Shown in pieces: positions 10,879 through 19,076 of a DNA stretch of 36,233 nucleotides. Location of the stretch: positions 1-36,233 of the forward strand of contig CAVELT010000065.1 in assembly GCA_963616545.1 (NCBI GenBank), written 5' to 3'. The position numbers were made by a program, and so were the translations under genes. How positions within the stretch are numbered: the first letter of the stretch is position 1; every line of letters begins with the position of its first letter. Source of the stretch: Dysosmobacter segnis. GTDB taxonomy: Bacteria; Bacillota; Clostridia; Lachnospirales; Lachnospiraceae. The notes below the pieces were generated by a model. That model saw nothing but the letters and a program-made list of their open reading frames with translations. It did no database searches and was not told the origin of the DNA.

Positions 10879-11041
10879 GTAACTGTTTAGCACCGCATCG
10901 CCACATCGCTTCGCGATGCGCGATGTAGCGGTTCAGAGGCGCTCCGCGCCTCGACCGCCACTGGAAAAAGCATATAAACGCCTCGCCGAGCAAGCTCAGC
11001 TCGACATTTAATAGCTTTTTCCAGTGGTGCTAAACAATTAC
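10879..11041. repeat. MITE/REP-like palindromic element (163 bp) in the pyrG 5' leader
   Basis: Terminal inverted repeats GTAACTGTTTAGCACC / GGTGCTAAACAATTAC (15/16 match); internal perfect 14-bp inverted repeat at 10958-10971/11014-11027; related copy at 32326-32390. Confidence 0.8.
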
Positions 11042-11051
11042 AAACAGAAAG

Positions 11052-11080
11052 ACTATACCGCAAGCCCCGCCGTCTGTAAA
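11052..11080 (-). promoter_or_regulatory. Sigma-A promoter of pyrG
   Basis: TTTACA-17 bp-TATAGT. Confidence 0.65.
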
Positions 11081-11105
11081 GCACTTTTATACCCTGTCCG
11101 CTGTA

Positions 11106-11654
11106 CTAGAAGTCGTACTGTACAGCCTTCTTCAGGGCTTCCGCTGCTGCGGGACTTTCAAAGGCCTCGATGAGCGCGAAGCCCAGCGCCAGGGCATAGC
11201 CCAGTCCCCGGGCGGTGAAGAACTGTCCGTCTCTCACCACGCCCTCTCCGGTATAGCTTGCACCGGCAAGCTCTCCCTCAAAGCCCGGATAGCAGGTGGC
11301 ATTTTTGCCCTTAAGCAGTCCCAGCACGCCGAACACCGAGGGCGCTGCGCAGATGGCTGCCAGGGGCTTTCCTTCTGCGGCATGCGCCTTCAGCATCATG
11401 CAGAGCTTCTCACAGTCCTTGAAATTCTGCGTGCCCACCGCACCGCCGGGCAGGAACAGCAGCTCCGCCTCGCCGACATTAACCTTCTCCACTGTCGTAT
11501 CGCAGACGATCTCCACGCCGTGGGCCGAGTGAATGTGGGTATCCTGATTGATGGATACGGTCGTCACCTCGAACTTCGCCCGCCGCAGAAGATCCACCAC
11601 GCTCAGGCACTCCACCTCTTCTGTTCCGTCTGCCATAAATGCATATACCTTCAT
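11106..11654 (-). CDS. DJ-1/PfpI (ThiJ/YajL)-family glyoxalase/deglycase
   Basis: GTEEVE, LPGG and AICAAP (nucleophile Cys) motifs. Confidence 0.92.
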   Translation of the reverse strand: MKVYAFMADGTEEVECLSVVDLLRRAKFEVTTVSINQDTHIHSAHGVEIVCDTTVEKVNVGEAELLFLPGGAVGTQNFKDCEKLCMMLKAHAAEGKPLAAICAAPSVFGVLGLLKGKNATCYPGFEGELAGASYTGEGVVRDGQFFTARGLGYALALGFALIEAFESPAAAEALKKAVQYDF

Positions 11655-11747
11655 GTTCTGCCTCCTGTCTGCCGAATGTCTTTTCAGATTTTCAGAATTT
11701 CATCGTAGCTGTGTAGAATCATAACATAAAATCCGGGTTTCCGACAT

Positions 11748-11780
11748 AAAAAAACTCCCTGCCGAAGCAGAGAGTTTTTT
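11748..11780 (-). terminator. Intrinsic terminator after the ABC permease
   Basis: CTCTCTGC-TTCG-GCAGGGAG followed by T7; flanked by A/T runs on both sides. Confidence 0.85.
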
Positions 11781-11830
11781 CGCAAGGGCCCATCCCGATG
11801 GACATCCCCACTGAGCCCATCGGATAATGA

Positions 11831-13021
11831 TTAATCCGACCGCAGTGCATCGATGGGATTCAGGCTGGCGGCCCGCTTCGCCGGCATGTAGCCGAAGATG
11901 AGACCGATGGCCACAGATACCGAGAAGGACACCAGGATGGAGCCGAAGGAGGCGCTGGCGCTGATGCCCATGATCTGCCCCGCCACCTTCGTGGCAATGC
12001 AGCCGATAACGATGCCGATGACACCGCCCAGAGAGCTGGTCACGGCTGCCTCGATGACGAACTGGGTCAGAATGGTATGCCGCTTCGCGCCCAGGGACTT
12101 CCGGATACCGATTTCACGGGTACGCTCGGTAACGGATACCAGCATGATGTTCATGACGCCCACGCCGGCCACCAGCAGGGAAATGCCGGCAATGCCGCCG
12201 ATCATGAGGGACATGGTGCTGACCATCTCGTTCATGGAATCCAGAAGCTCGGACATGGCCGTCACGGAATAGAGATCCGAATCCTTGAAGATGGTATACA
12301 GATAATCCTCAATGTAGCCCTTTATGGTCACCGCATCGCTGATCTTGTCCTGCGGCACCGTAAAGGTATAGTTGTTGATCTGCCCGTTCCGGGACAGCTT
12401 CACGGCCGAGGAATAGGGAATGTAGACGAAGTCATCGGATCCGCCCTCCTCGAGGTCCTCGGATTCGCTGGTCTGCCGTTCCACCACACCCACGATGGTG
12501 AAGCTCTGGCCGTTGATCTTGATGGTCTGGTCCATGGCCGAATCCGCCGAGCCGAAATAGGTCTGGGCCACATAGAGACCGACAACCGCCACCTTCTGCC
12601 GGGAGGCAATGTCCGCGTACTGAATGAAGCGCCCGTTGCTGAGGTTTTCATCCAGAATGTCGAGATACTCCTCCGACACACCGGTCACCTGCGTGGTGGT
12701 GGAGTTCTCATTGCCCACCTTCACCGCGCCCTGCACCGTTACCGTGGGGGACAGATGACTGAAGTACTGGGTGTTCTCCTCATAGTACTCATACATTTCA
12801 TCCACGGAAACGGAACGGCTGGACAGGTTGATGACATTCACCGTGATCCGGTTGGTGCCCATGCTGGCGAAGCTTTCCGTCATATAGCTCAGCTCGCCGT
12901 TGACAATACCCACCAGGGTAATGACGGCGCCCACGCCGATGATGATGCCCAGCATGGTCAGGAAGGACCGCATTTTGTTGGCCCATATGCTCTTGATGGC
13001 AAGATTAAATGAGTTTAGCAT
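11831..13021 (-). CDS. MacB/FtsX-family ABC transporter permease
   Basis: NKMRSFLTMLGIIIGV, VSVTERTREIGIRKSLGA, PAKRAASLNPIDALR; start MLNSF at 13021. Confidence 0.93.
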   Translation of the reverse strand: MLNSFNLAIKSIWANKMRSFLTMLGIIIGVGAVITLVGIVNGELSYMTESFASMGTNRITVNVINLSSRSVSVDEMYEYYEENTQYFSHLSPTVTVQGAVKVGNENSTTTQVTGVSEEYLDILDENLSNGRFIQYADIASRQKVAVVGLYVAQTYFGSADSAMDQTIKINGQSFTIVGVVERQTSESEDLEEGGSDDFVYIPYSSAVKLSRNGQINNYTFTVPQDKISDAVTIKGYIEDYLYTIFKDSDLYSVTAMSELLDSMNEMVSTMSLMIGGIAGISLLVAGVGVMNIMLVSVTERTREIGIRKSLGAKRHTILTQFVIEAAVTSSLGGVIGIVIGCIATKVAGQIMGISASASFGSILVSFSVSVAIGLIFGYMPAKRAASLNPIDALRSD

Positions 13022-13976
13022 ATTCCTCCGCACTTCCGTCGTAAACGATCCTGCCGTCACTGATACGCACAATGCGCTTCGCTTCCAGCGCGATCGAATT
13101 GTCATGGGTGATCATCACTACCGTATTGCCCTCTTCGTTGATCTGCTTGAGAAAGCCCAGCACCTGCCGTGAGGTACGGGAATCGAGAGCGCCGGTGGGC
13201 TCATCCGCAAGGATCAGGGACGGATCTCCCGCCAGGGCTCTGGCGATGGATACTCTCTGCTGCTGGCCGCCGGAGAGCTGCAGGGGATGCTGCATGCACT
13301 TGTCTCCGAGGCCGACGCGCTCCAGCTGCTTTCTGGCCCGCTCCCGGCGCTCCTCCTTGCTGTATCCTGCATACAGAAGCGGCAGAGCAACATTGTCCAG
13401 AAGGGTATCCTTGGGCAAAAGATTGTACTGCTGGAAAATGAAGCCGATCTTCCGGTTCCGGATCTCCGCCAGCTCATCATCCGACATGTGGCTCACATCC
13501 TCGCCGCTGATATAGTACTCACCGCTGGTGGGCACATCCAGGGCGCCGATGATGTTCATAAGTGTGGACTTGCCGGAACCGGATTTGCCCACGATGGCCA
13601 CAAACTCACCCTGATAGACATTCAGGGAAATGCCGTCATTGGCCCGGATCTCCTCGGTGCCCATCTGGTAGATCTTGTAAATGTCCCGGAGCTTCAGAAG
13701 CGGCTCCTCGCCCTCATGTCCGGAAGGAATGTGAATCGCCTGCGTTCCTGCCTTCGCCGCGGCCTGTGCAAGTCGCTCGATCTCATCGTAGCGCTCTGCC
13801 TCAGGATCCTCTTCCTCCTGGGAGAAGCCGCCGGCATTCTCCGCCGGCACCTTGCTCTCTTCTCCCGCTGTCGCTGCGTTGTCTGCCGCTGCCGCTGCGC
13901 TGTTTGCCGCAGGCTGCTTCACTTCCGCTTCGGCTGCCGGCCGGGCAGACAATGCTGTTTTTTCATCCTTTTTCAT
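13005..13976 (-). CDS. LolD/MacB-type ABC ATP-binding protein with an Ala/Glu-rich N-terminal extension
   Basis: GKSGSGKS, LSGGQQQRV, ILADEPTGALD, ITHD. Confidence 0.95.
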   Translation of the reverse strand: MKKDEKTALSARPAAEAEVKQPAANSAAAAADNAATAGEESKVPAENAGGFSQEEEDPEAERYDEIERLAQAAAKAGTQAIHIPSGHEGEEPLLKLRDIYKIYQMGTEEIRANDGISLNVYQGEFVAIVGKSGSGKSTLMNIIGALDVPTSGEYYISGEDVSHMSDDELAEIRNRKIGFIFQQYNLLPKDTLLDNVALPLLYAGYSKEERRERARKQLERVGLGDKCMQHPLQLSGGQQQRVSIARALAGDPSLILADEPTGALDSRTSRQVLGFLKQINEEGNTVVMITHDNSIALEAKRIVRISDGRIVYDGSAEEYAKLI

Positions 13977-13992
13977 GCATTACCTCCGGCGC

Positions 13993-15867
13993 TTAGCCCA
14001 TCGGGCCGCCGCCACCGCCGCCACCGGGGCCGCCTCCGCCGGGAGCACCGCCTCCGCCGCCGGGACCGCCTCCTTCACCGCCGGGGCCGCCCATGCCGCC
14101 CATCATCATATCGCTGCTGTCGCTGGATACAGTGGACTGGCTCACATAAACGGTGTCGCCGACGGACAGGTTGCCGGAGGTGATCTGCACGTAGCTGCTG
14201 TTGGAGAGGCCTGTCGTTACCTTCACGGCATGGAAGCCCTCCGGTACCCGGCTGTCTGCCACCTTCTCCGCATCGGCAGCATTATCCTTCGCATCCTGAT
14301 TGCCTGCCGGTGCCTCGGCCTGTGCAGGTGCCTCGCCCGCAGCAGGTGTCTTGCCATCTGCCGTATCGTCAGCAGCTTCTGCCTTAGTCTCCCCTGTCTT
14401 CTTGCTGCCGGCGCTGTCCTTCACATAGACCACGTCACCGCGCTGCAGTGCATCCACCGGAATTACGATCGCATCCTCCGCAGAATCCAGCACGATCACG
14501 CCGTCCACATTCATGCCGGGCAGAAGATCGCCGTACTCTGTCAATGTAACGGTCACCGGATAATAGGTAACACCGTTGGAGGTCGTGCCTTCCATGGAAA
14601 CGTTGGTGACCTCACCGGTAAAGGTCTGATCCGAGAAGGCATCGGCTGTGACATTAACGGTCTGTCCCACCTTCACGTTGGAAATATCCAGCTCATCGAT
14701 GTTCATCTGGAAGGTCACGGCAGAGAGATCATAGATCACCGCCAGCGTCGTCGCGGAATTTCCGTTCTGCACCTTGTCGCCCACCTTGGTGTTCTTTGTC
14801 ACCACGGTGCCGGAAATCGGTGCGGTAATGGTATAGTTATCCAAACTGTCGTTTGTGGTATCAACGTTGTTTTTGGCGTTCTCAAGATCGCTGTCCGCAG
14901 AATCCACCTTGTCCTGATAGGTATCCAGAATGTCCTTCACATCGGAAGCATTCAGGGTGAAGAGTGCCGTTCCCTCTGTCACATAGTCGCCCTCGTGGAC
15001 GAGCACCTTCTCGATGGTGGCCTCGCCGGAAAGGTCGCTGGCATTGATGCTCACATCCTTCGCCGGGGTGAAGCTTGCATCACCGCAGGAAACGAGGCCG
15101 TTGATCTCCGCCGTTGCCGTATGGCTGCTGGTCAGACCGCCCGGATTATTCACCTGCACCGTAACATCTCTCACGATCTGTCCGCCGGTCAGGGTCTGGT
15201 CCATGGTGGCTACAGCCACAACGGTGCCCTGCAGCTGCTCCAGCGTGTCGGACAGTGTCAGCGTTGCCGTGCTGCCGACCGCGATCTGCTGTGCATCCTC
15301 GGACAGGAAGGGAATCGCTGCCTCCATCACGGAATCATTGTAGAGCTCCGCGATCTCGGTATTGCCGGACAGCTTCTGTCCCGCCTTCACCTTCAGGCTC
15401 TTGATGTAGCCGGTGGCTGTGGACTTATAGGTATTGCCGGACAGCTTCGCCGCCATCTTGCTGTAGTCCTCTGCGGCGGAATCATACTTCTTCTGAGACC
15501 GCTCCAGAGAGCTGTTGGCCAGACTTACCTTGGAGTCCACAGAGGTGGAATCGATCCGGTACATCACCTGTCCCTCCGTGACCTGGTCGCCCTCCTCGAA
15601 GTCTGCCGCAATCACATCGCCCTCCGCCATGGAGGTGATGTTGTAGGAGTCCTTCGGGGAAATGGTGCCGGATGCCGAGAGGGAGGAAACGATGGTCTGT
15701 GTGCTGACCTCCGCGGTCTTTACCTCGCTGCTGCCGCTCTCCGACTTTTTCTTCTTCAGGAAGAGGAATCCCGCAATGGCTGCTGCGATCACCAGCACCA
15801 GCAGAATGATCCATTTCTTCCCGCCTTTCTTATGCGGCTTCTTCAGGCCGCCGAGCTTAAATTTCAT
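13993..15867 (-). CDS. MacA/HlyD-family periplasmic adaptor (membrane fusion) protein
   Basis: N-terminal TM anchor, lipoyl-like motifs (EEGDQVTEGQ; ITAPISGTV), IDELDISNVKVGQ; Gly-rich tail. Confidence 0.88.
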   Translation of the reverse strand: MKFKLGGLKKPHKKGGKKWIILLVLVIAAAIAGFLFLKKKKSESGSSEVKTAEVSTQTIVSSLSASGTISPKDSYNITSMAEGDVIAADFEEGDQVTEGQVMYRIDSTSVDSKVSLANSSLERSQKKYDSAAEDYSKMAAKLSGNTYKSTATGYIKSLKVKAGQKLSGNTEIAELYNDSVMEAAIPFLSEDAQQIAVGSTATLTLSDTLEQLQGTVVAVATMDQTLTGGQIVRDVTVQVNNPGGLTSSHTATAEINGLVSCGDASFTPAKDVSINASDLSGEATIEKVLVHEGDYVTEGTALFTLNASDVKDILDTYQDKVDSADSDLENAKNNVDTTNDSLDNYTITAPISGTVVTKNTKVGDKVQNGNSATTLAVIYDLSAVTFQMNIDELDISNVKVGQTVNVTADAFSDQTFTGEVTNVSMEGTTSNGVTYYPVTVTLTEYGDLLPGMNVDGVIVLDSAEDAIVIPVDALQRGDVVYVKDSAGSKKTGETKAEAADDTADGKTPAAGEAPAQAEAPAGNQDAKDNAADAEKVADSRVPEGFHAVKVTTGLSNSSYVQITSGNLSVGDTVYVSQSTVSSDSSDMMMGGMGGPGGEGGGPGGGGGAPGGGGPGGGGGGGPMG

Positions 15868-15909
15868 ATGCCCCTCCGCGTGTTTTCATGGGTTGCCTGC
15901 ATTATCCTC

Positions 15910-17031
15910 TTACTGCACGAAGGCAATGACTTCCTTCTCGCTGCTGCCGTCACTGCCGCTGGACATCTGCCATACGATGGTGATGTCGTCGTCCTTGTCC
16001 GCCGTGCCGTAAATGGAGAAGGCATACTGCATATCCGTGCTCTTGATGTAGTACTTCACGCCGTTCAGCAGGATATAGGTCGGGGTCATGACATTGGCCG
16101 AATCATAGTAGATCTCGAAGGAATCGCCGGTGGCCGTGCCCATGGTGCCGCTCTCGTTCTGATCGGAGTAAGCATAGACCGTCTTGGTGGAGGCATTGTA
16201 GTAGACCGCCACAGCCGCATAGCTCTCTGCCGCCGACTCGATATCGGTCACGGAAGCCTCCACGCCATTGAGATAGCAGGTAGCGGAGCTCTCCTTGAAG
16301 GGGATGATGGAATGCAGACTCTTGCCCGACTTCAGCACATACGGTCCCTTCAGGTTCGACTCCAGGGTCTCCAGCATGTTGAGCTCGTTGTCGCTGGTGA
16401 GGGAGAAGCCCAGCTGCTCGCCGTAAATGGTGTTGCTGGCCTTCGTCTTATTCTCATTCGCTGCCGTATTCGTCTTCAGAAGGTTATAGAAGAGATTGAT
16501 GCAGTCCTGATAGCTCATGGTATCCGTCAGCGCCGTCTTCGCGATATCCTCGGAAAGTCCGATGGCCTGGGCCTTCGACACCCGGTTGGCCAGCTGGTTG
16601 CCGCTGAAATTCTCGTTCGTATAGCCCAGCAGCGCAAGACAGCCCTTCACCGCCTCACCGAAGGTCACGGTGTCGTCCGGCTTGAACTTGCCGCCCAGGA
16701 AGGCCGTCATCCAGCCCTGCTCCGTGGCGATGCGGATATAGGAGGCGTAGGCATCATCCTTCGCCACATCCGAGAACACGGCCACGTCGTTGTAGGCGCT
16801 CACCGAATTCCGGTAGCTGGAGGCCTTCACCAGCATCTTCGCAAATTCCTTCCGGGTGACATTGGTGGTTTCCTTCGTCACATCCACAGCATCTATAATG
16901 TTGGCACTCTTCACTGTCTTCTTCCGCATGGCGAAGGAGCTGGAGGCCAGCGCCGTCATGGGGCAGACCATAGCCACACTGCTGACCCCGGTCAGGACCG
17001 CCAGCGCGCCCGTCATCAATCGTCTGTTCAT
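15910..17031 (-). CDS. Secreted S-layer homology (SLH) domain protein
   Basis: Signal peptide MNRRLM...ALA; VTRKEFAKML, FSDV, GKFKPDDTVT; GAGGAG RBS. Confidence 0.82.
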   Translation of the reverse strand: MNRRLMTGALAVLTGVSSVAMVCPMTALASSSFAMRKKTVKSANIIDAVDVTKETTNVTRKEFAKMLVKASSYRNSVSAYNDVAVFSDVAKDDAYASYIRIATEQGWMTAFLGGKFKPDDTVTFGEAVKGCLALLGYTNENFSGNQLANRVSKAQAIGLSEDIAKTALTDTMSYQDCINLFYNLLKTNTAANENKTKASNTIYGEQLGFSLTSDNELNMLETLESNLKGPYVLKSGKSLHSIIPFKESSATCYLNGVEASVTDIESAAESYAAVAVYYNASTKTVYAYSDQNESGTMGTATGDSFEIYYDSANVMTPTYILLNGVKYYIKSTDMQYAFSIYGTADKDDDITIVWQMSSGSDGSSEKEVIAFVQ

Positions 17032-17131
17032 TCTCTTCTCCTCGTTATCCTTGTGCATTTCCGTCCTGTGTTGCATCCTTGTTCTGCATGACAGGATAAT
17101 GTCTTCTTCCCGTACTGCTTAACAAGTCCAA

Positions 17132-17174
17132 AGTTTAAACAGAGGCGCTGAAACGAAGCTGAAAAAGACTGAAA
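17132..17174 (-). promoter_or_regulatory. Putative OmpR/PhoB-type activator boxes plus -10 of the SLH-MacAB operon
   Basis: Three TTTCAG direct repeats at 10-11 bp period (17169-74, 17159-64, 17148-53), then TAAACT at 17132-37. Confidence 0.5.
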
Positions 17175-17256
17175 TGCGAAAAAAGACATAGAAAGTTCAT
17201 AAACTATTGACGATGGGCTTCGCGACAGCTTAGCTGGCGGGTGCCCATCGTTGACG

Positions 17257-17296
17257 AAAAAAAGAATCCGTATCTGCAGGAAAATGCAGATACGGA
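17257..17296 (-). terminator. Intrinsic terminator after the hydrogenase
   Basis: 12-bp stem TCCGTATCTGCA/TGCAGATACGGA followed by TTCTTTTTTT. Confidence 0.85.
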
Positions 17297-17345
17297 CAAG
17301 CGTAAAGGCTTATTCAGCTGTATCGGACGCGCTCAGGTATGTTTC

Positions 17346-19076
17346 TCAGCCCTGCGGCATCTCCCAGGCACTGTGGTCGGTGTGGAGAAGCGCCTCCGCC
17401 CGCTCGGACATGGGCTTGCCCAGATAGTCCTTATACAGGGTCTGTACGGCTTCATTTTCATGGGAGAAGCGCAGTGTATCTGCGGCATCCTGGCGATAGA
17501 GGGTCGGTGCCCGGAGTCCCGCCATCTCCTGCTGGTCGTGAATCGGCTGACCGCCGCCGCCGACACAGCCGCCGGGACAGGCCATAACCTCCACAAAGTC
17601 ATAGTGCACTCTTCCCTTCTTCACCTGCTCGATCAGCCGGGAGGTGTTGCCGAGACCGTTCACCACCGCCACCTTCAGCTTCGTGCCGGCGATCTCAAAT
17701 TCCGCTTCCTTCCAGCCCTCATTGCCCCGAACCTCCCGGAAGGCATCCGGATCCGGGTTCTCGCCCGTCACGAGGTAGTACGCAGAGCGCAGGGCCGCCT
17801 CCATGACGCCTCCTGTGGCGCCGAAGATATTGCCGGCACCGGAGCCGATGCCGAAGGGCAGATCCAGCTCAGTCTCCGTGAGCTCGGACGCCACGATATG
17901 CTCCGAGCGGATGAGCCGGTTCACCTCGCGGGTGGTCAGCACCACATCCACATCCGGGTCACCCTCGGCATCCTTCATGGTCGGCAGGGCGCACTCCGCC
18001 TTCTTCGCCACGCAGGGCATGATGGAAACGCAGAAGATCCTCGACGGATCCACGTTCAGCAGCTCCGCAAAATAGCTCTTCGCCACCGCACCGAACATCT
18101 GCTGCGGGGACTTCGCCGTGGACACCTGCGGGATCAGCTCCGGATAGTGCCCCTTCATGTAGCGGATCCAGCCCGGGCAGCAGCTCGTGAACATCGGCAG
18201 TTCCTTCGTCTCGCCCTTCTTCAGCTTCTCCAGGAACTCCGTGCCCTCCTCCATGATGGTGAGGTCCGCCGTGAAGTTCGTGTCGAAAACATAGTCGAAG
18301 CCCATGATCTTGAAGGCAGAAGCCAACCGCTGTACTGTCGCCTGCTCCGCACTGAGGCCGAATTCCTCGCCCCAGGCCGTCCGGATGGCCGGTGCGATCT
18401 GCGCGATCACGATCTTCTCCGGATCCTCCAGTGCCTCCAGCACCCGGTCGGTGTCGTCCCGCTCGCGAAGCGCACCCACCGGACAATGGGTGATGCACTG
18501 TCCGCAGAGGGCGCACTTGGAGTCCTCCAGGCGGTACACATTCCGCACATCCACCGTGGTCTTCGCACCGGTGTTCACCACATCCCAGATGTGGGAGTTC
18601 TGAATCTTGTCGCAGACCTGGATGCAGCGCATGCACTTGATGCACTTATCGTATTCCCGGATCAGGGGAAATGTCTTCGTGCCCTTCTCCCGGGGCAGCA
18701 TCTTCTCAAAAGGCACGCCGAGGATGTTGAGGTCGTTCGCCACGCGCTGCAGCGTACAGTTGCCGGAGCGGGAGCAGATGGCACAATTCGTGTTGTGCTG
18801 GGACAGGATCAGCTCCACATTTGTCTTCCGGGCATCTCTGGCCTTCCGGGAATTGGTGCGGATCACCATGCCCTCCGCCACCGTGTTGTTGCAGGCGGTG
18901 AAGAGCCGGTCATAGCCCTCCACCTCCACCACGCAGACACGGCAGGCGCCGATCTCGTTGATCTCCTTCAAAAAGCAAAGCGTGGGAATGCGGATACCCG
19001 CTGCAGCAGCCGCATCCAGTATGGTGGTTCTCTCCGGTACGGAAACGGACTTTCCGTCAATTGTACAATTTACCAT
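17346..19076 (-). CDS. hydA: [FeFe]-hydrogenase group A catalytic subunit with N-terminal 2Fe-2S, His-ligated 4Fe-4S and 2x4Fe-4S domains
   Basis: H-cluster motifs FTSCCPGW, MPCVAKKAE, EVMACPGGCVGGGGQP; IPTLC/GACRVC; two CxxCxxCxxxC motifs. Confidence 0.95.
   Translation of the reverse strand: MVNCTIDGKSVSVPERTTILDAAAAAGIRIPTLCFLKEINEIGACRVCVVEVEGYDRLFTACNNTVAEGMVIRTNSRKARDARKTNVELILSQHNTNCAICSRSGNCTLQRVANDLNILGVPFEKMLPREKGTKTFPLIREYDKCIKCMRCIQVCDKIQNSHIWDVVNTGAKTTVDVRNVYRLEDSKCALCGQCITHCPVGALRERDDTDRVLEALEDPEKIVIAQIAPAIRTAWGEEFGLSAEQATVQRLASAFKIMGFDYVFDTNFTADLTIMEEGTEFLEKLKKGETKELPMFTSCCPGWIRYMKGHYPELIPQVSTAKSPQQMFGAVAKSYFAELLNVDPSRIFCVSIMPCVAKKAECALPTMKDAEGDPDVDVVLTTREVNRLIRSEHIVASELTETELDLPFGIGSGAGNIFGATGGVMEAALRSAYYLVTGENPDPDAFREVRGNEGWKEAEFEIAGTKLKVAVVNGLGNTSRLIEQVKKGRVHYDFVEVMACPGGCVGGGGQPIHDQQEMAGLRAPTLYRQDAADTLRFSHENEAVQTLYKDYLGKPMSERAEALLHTDHSAWEMPQG

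Noticed and set aside
10814..10993. N-terminal extension of pyrG in the ORF track; likewise the extensions of hydA, the GltD-like gene, the permease and 32795-34120
   Set aside because: Family-typical starts with RBSs lie downstream; the extensions run through repeats or overlap upstream genes.
10814..11050. Bacillus-type pyrG reiterative-transcription attenuator
   Set aside because: No GGGC start at the predicted TSS and no terminator with a U-tract before the RBS; the leader is explained by the repeat element.
13996..14100. GGC/CCG-rich repeats at the end of the adaptor gene, and the acidic repeats in the NusA tail (about 6130-6185)
   Set aside because: Simple low-complexity coding tails that are common in these families.
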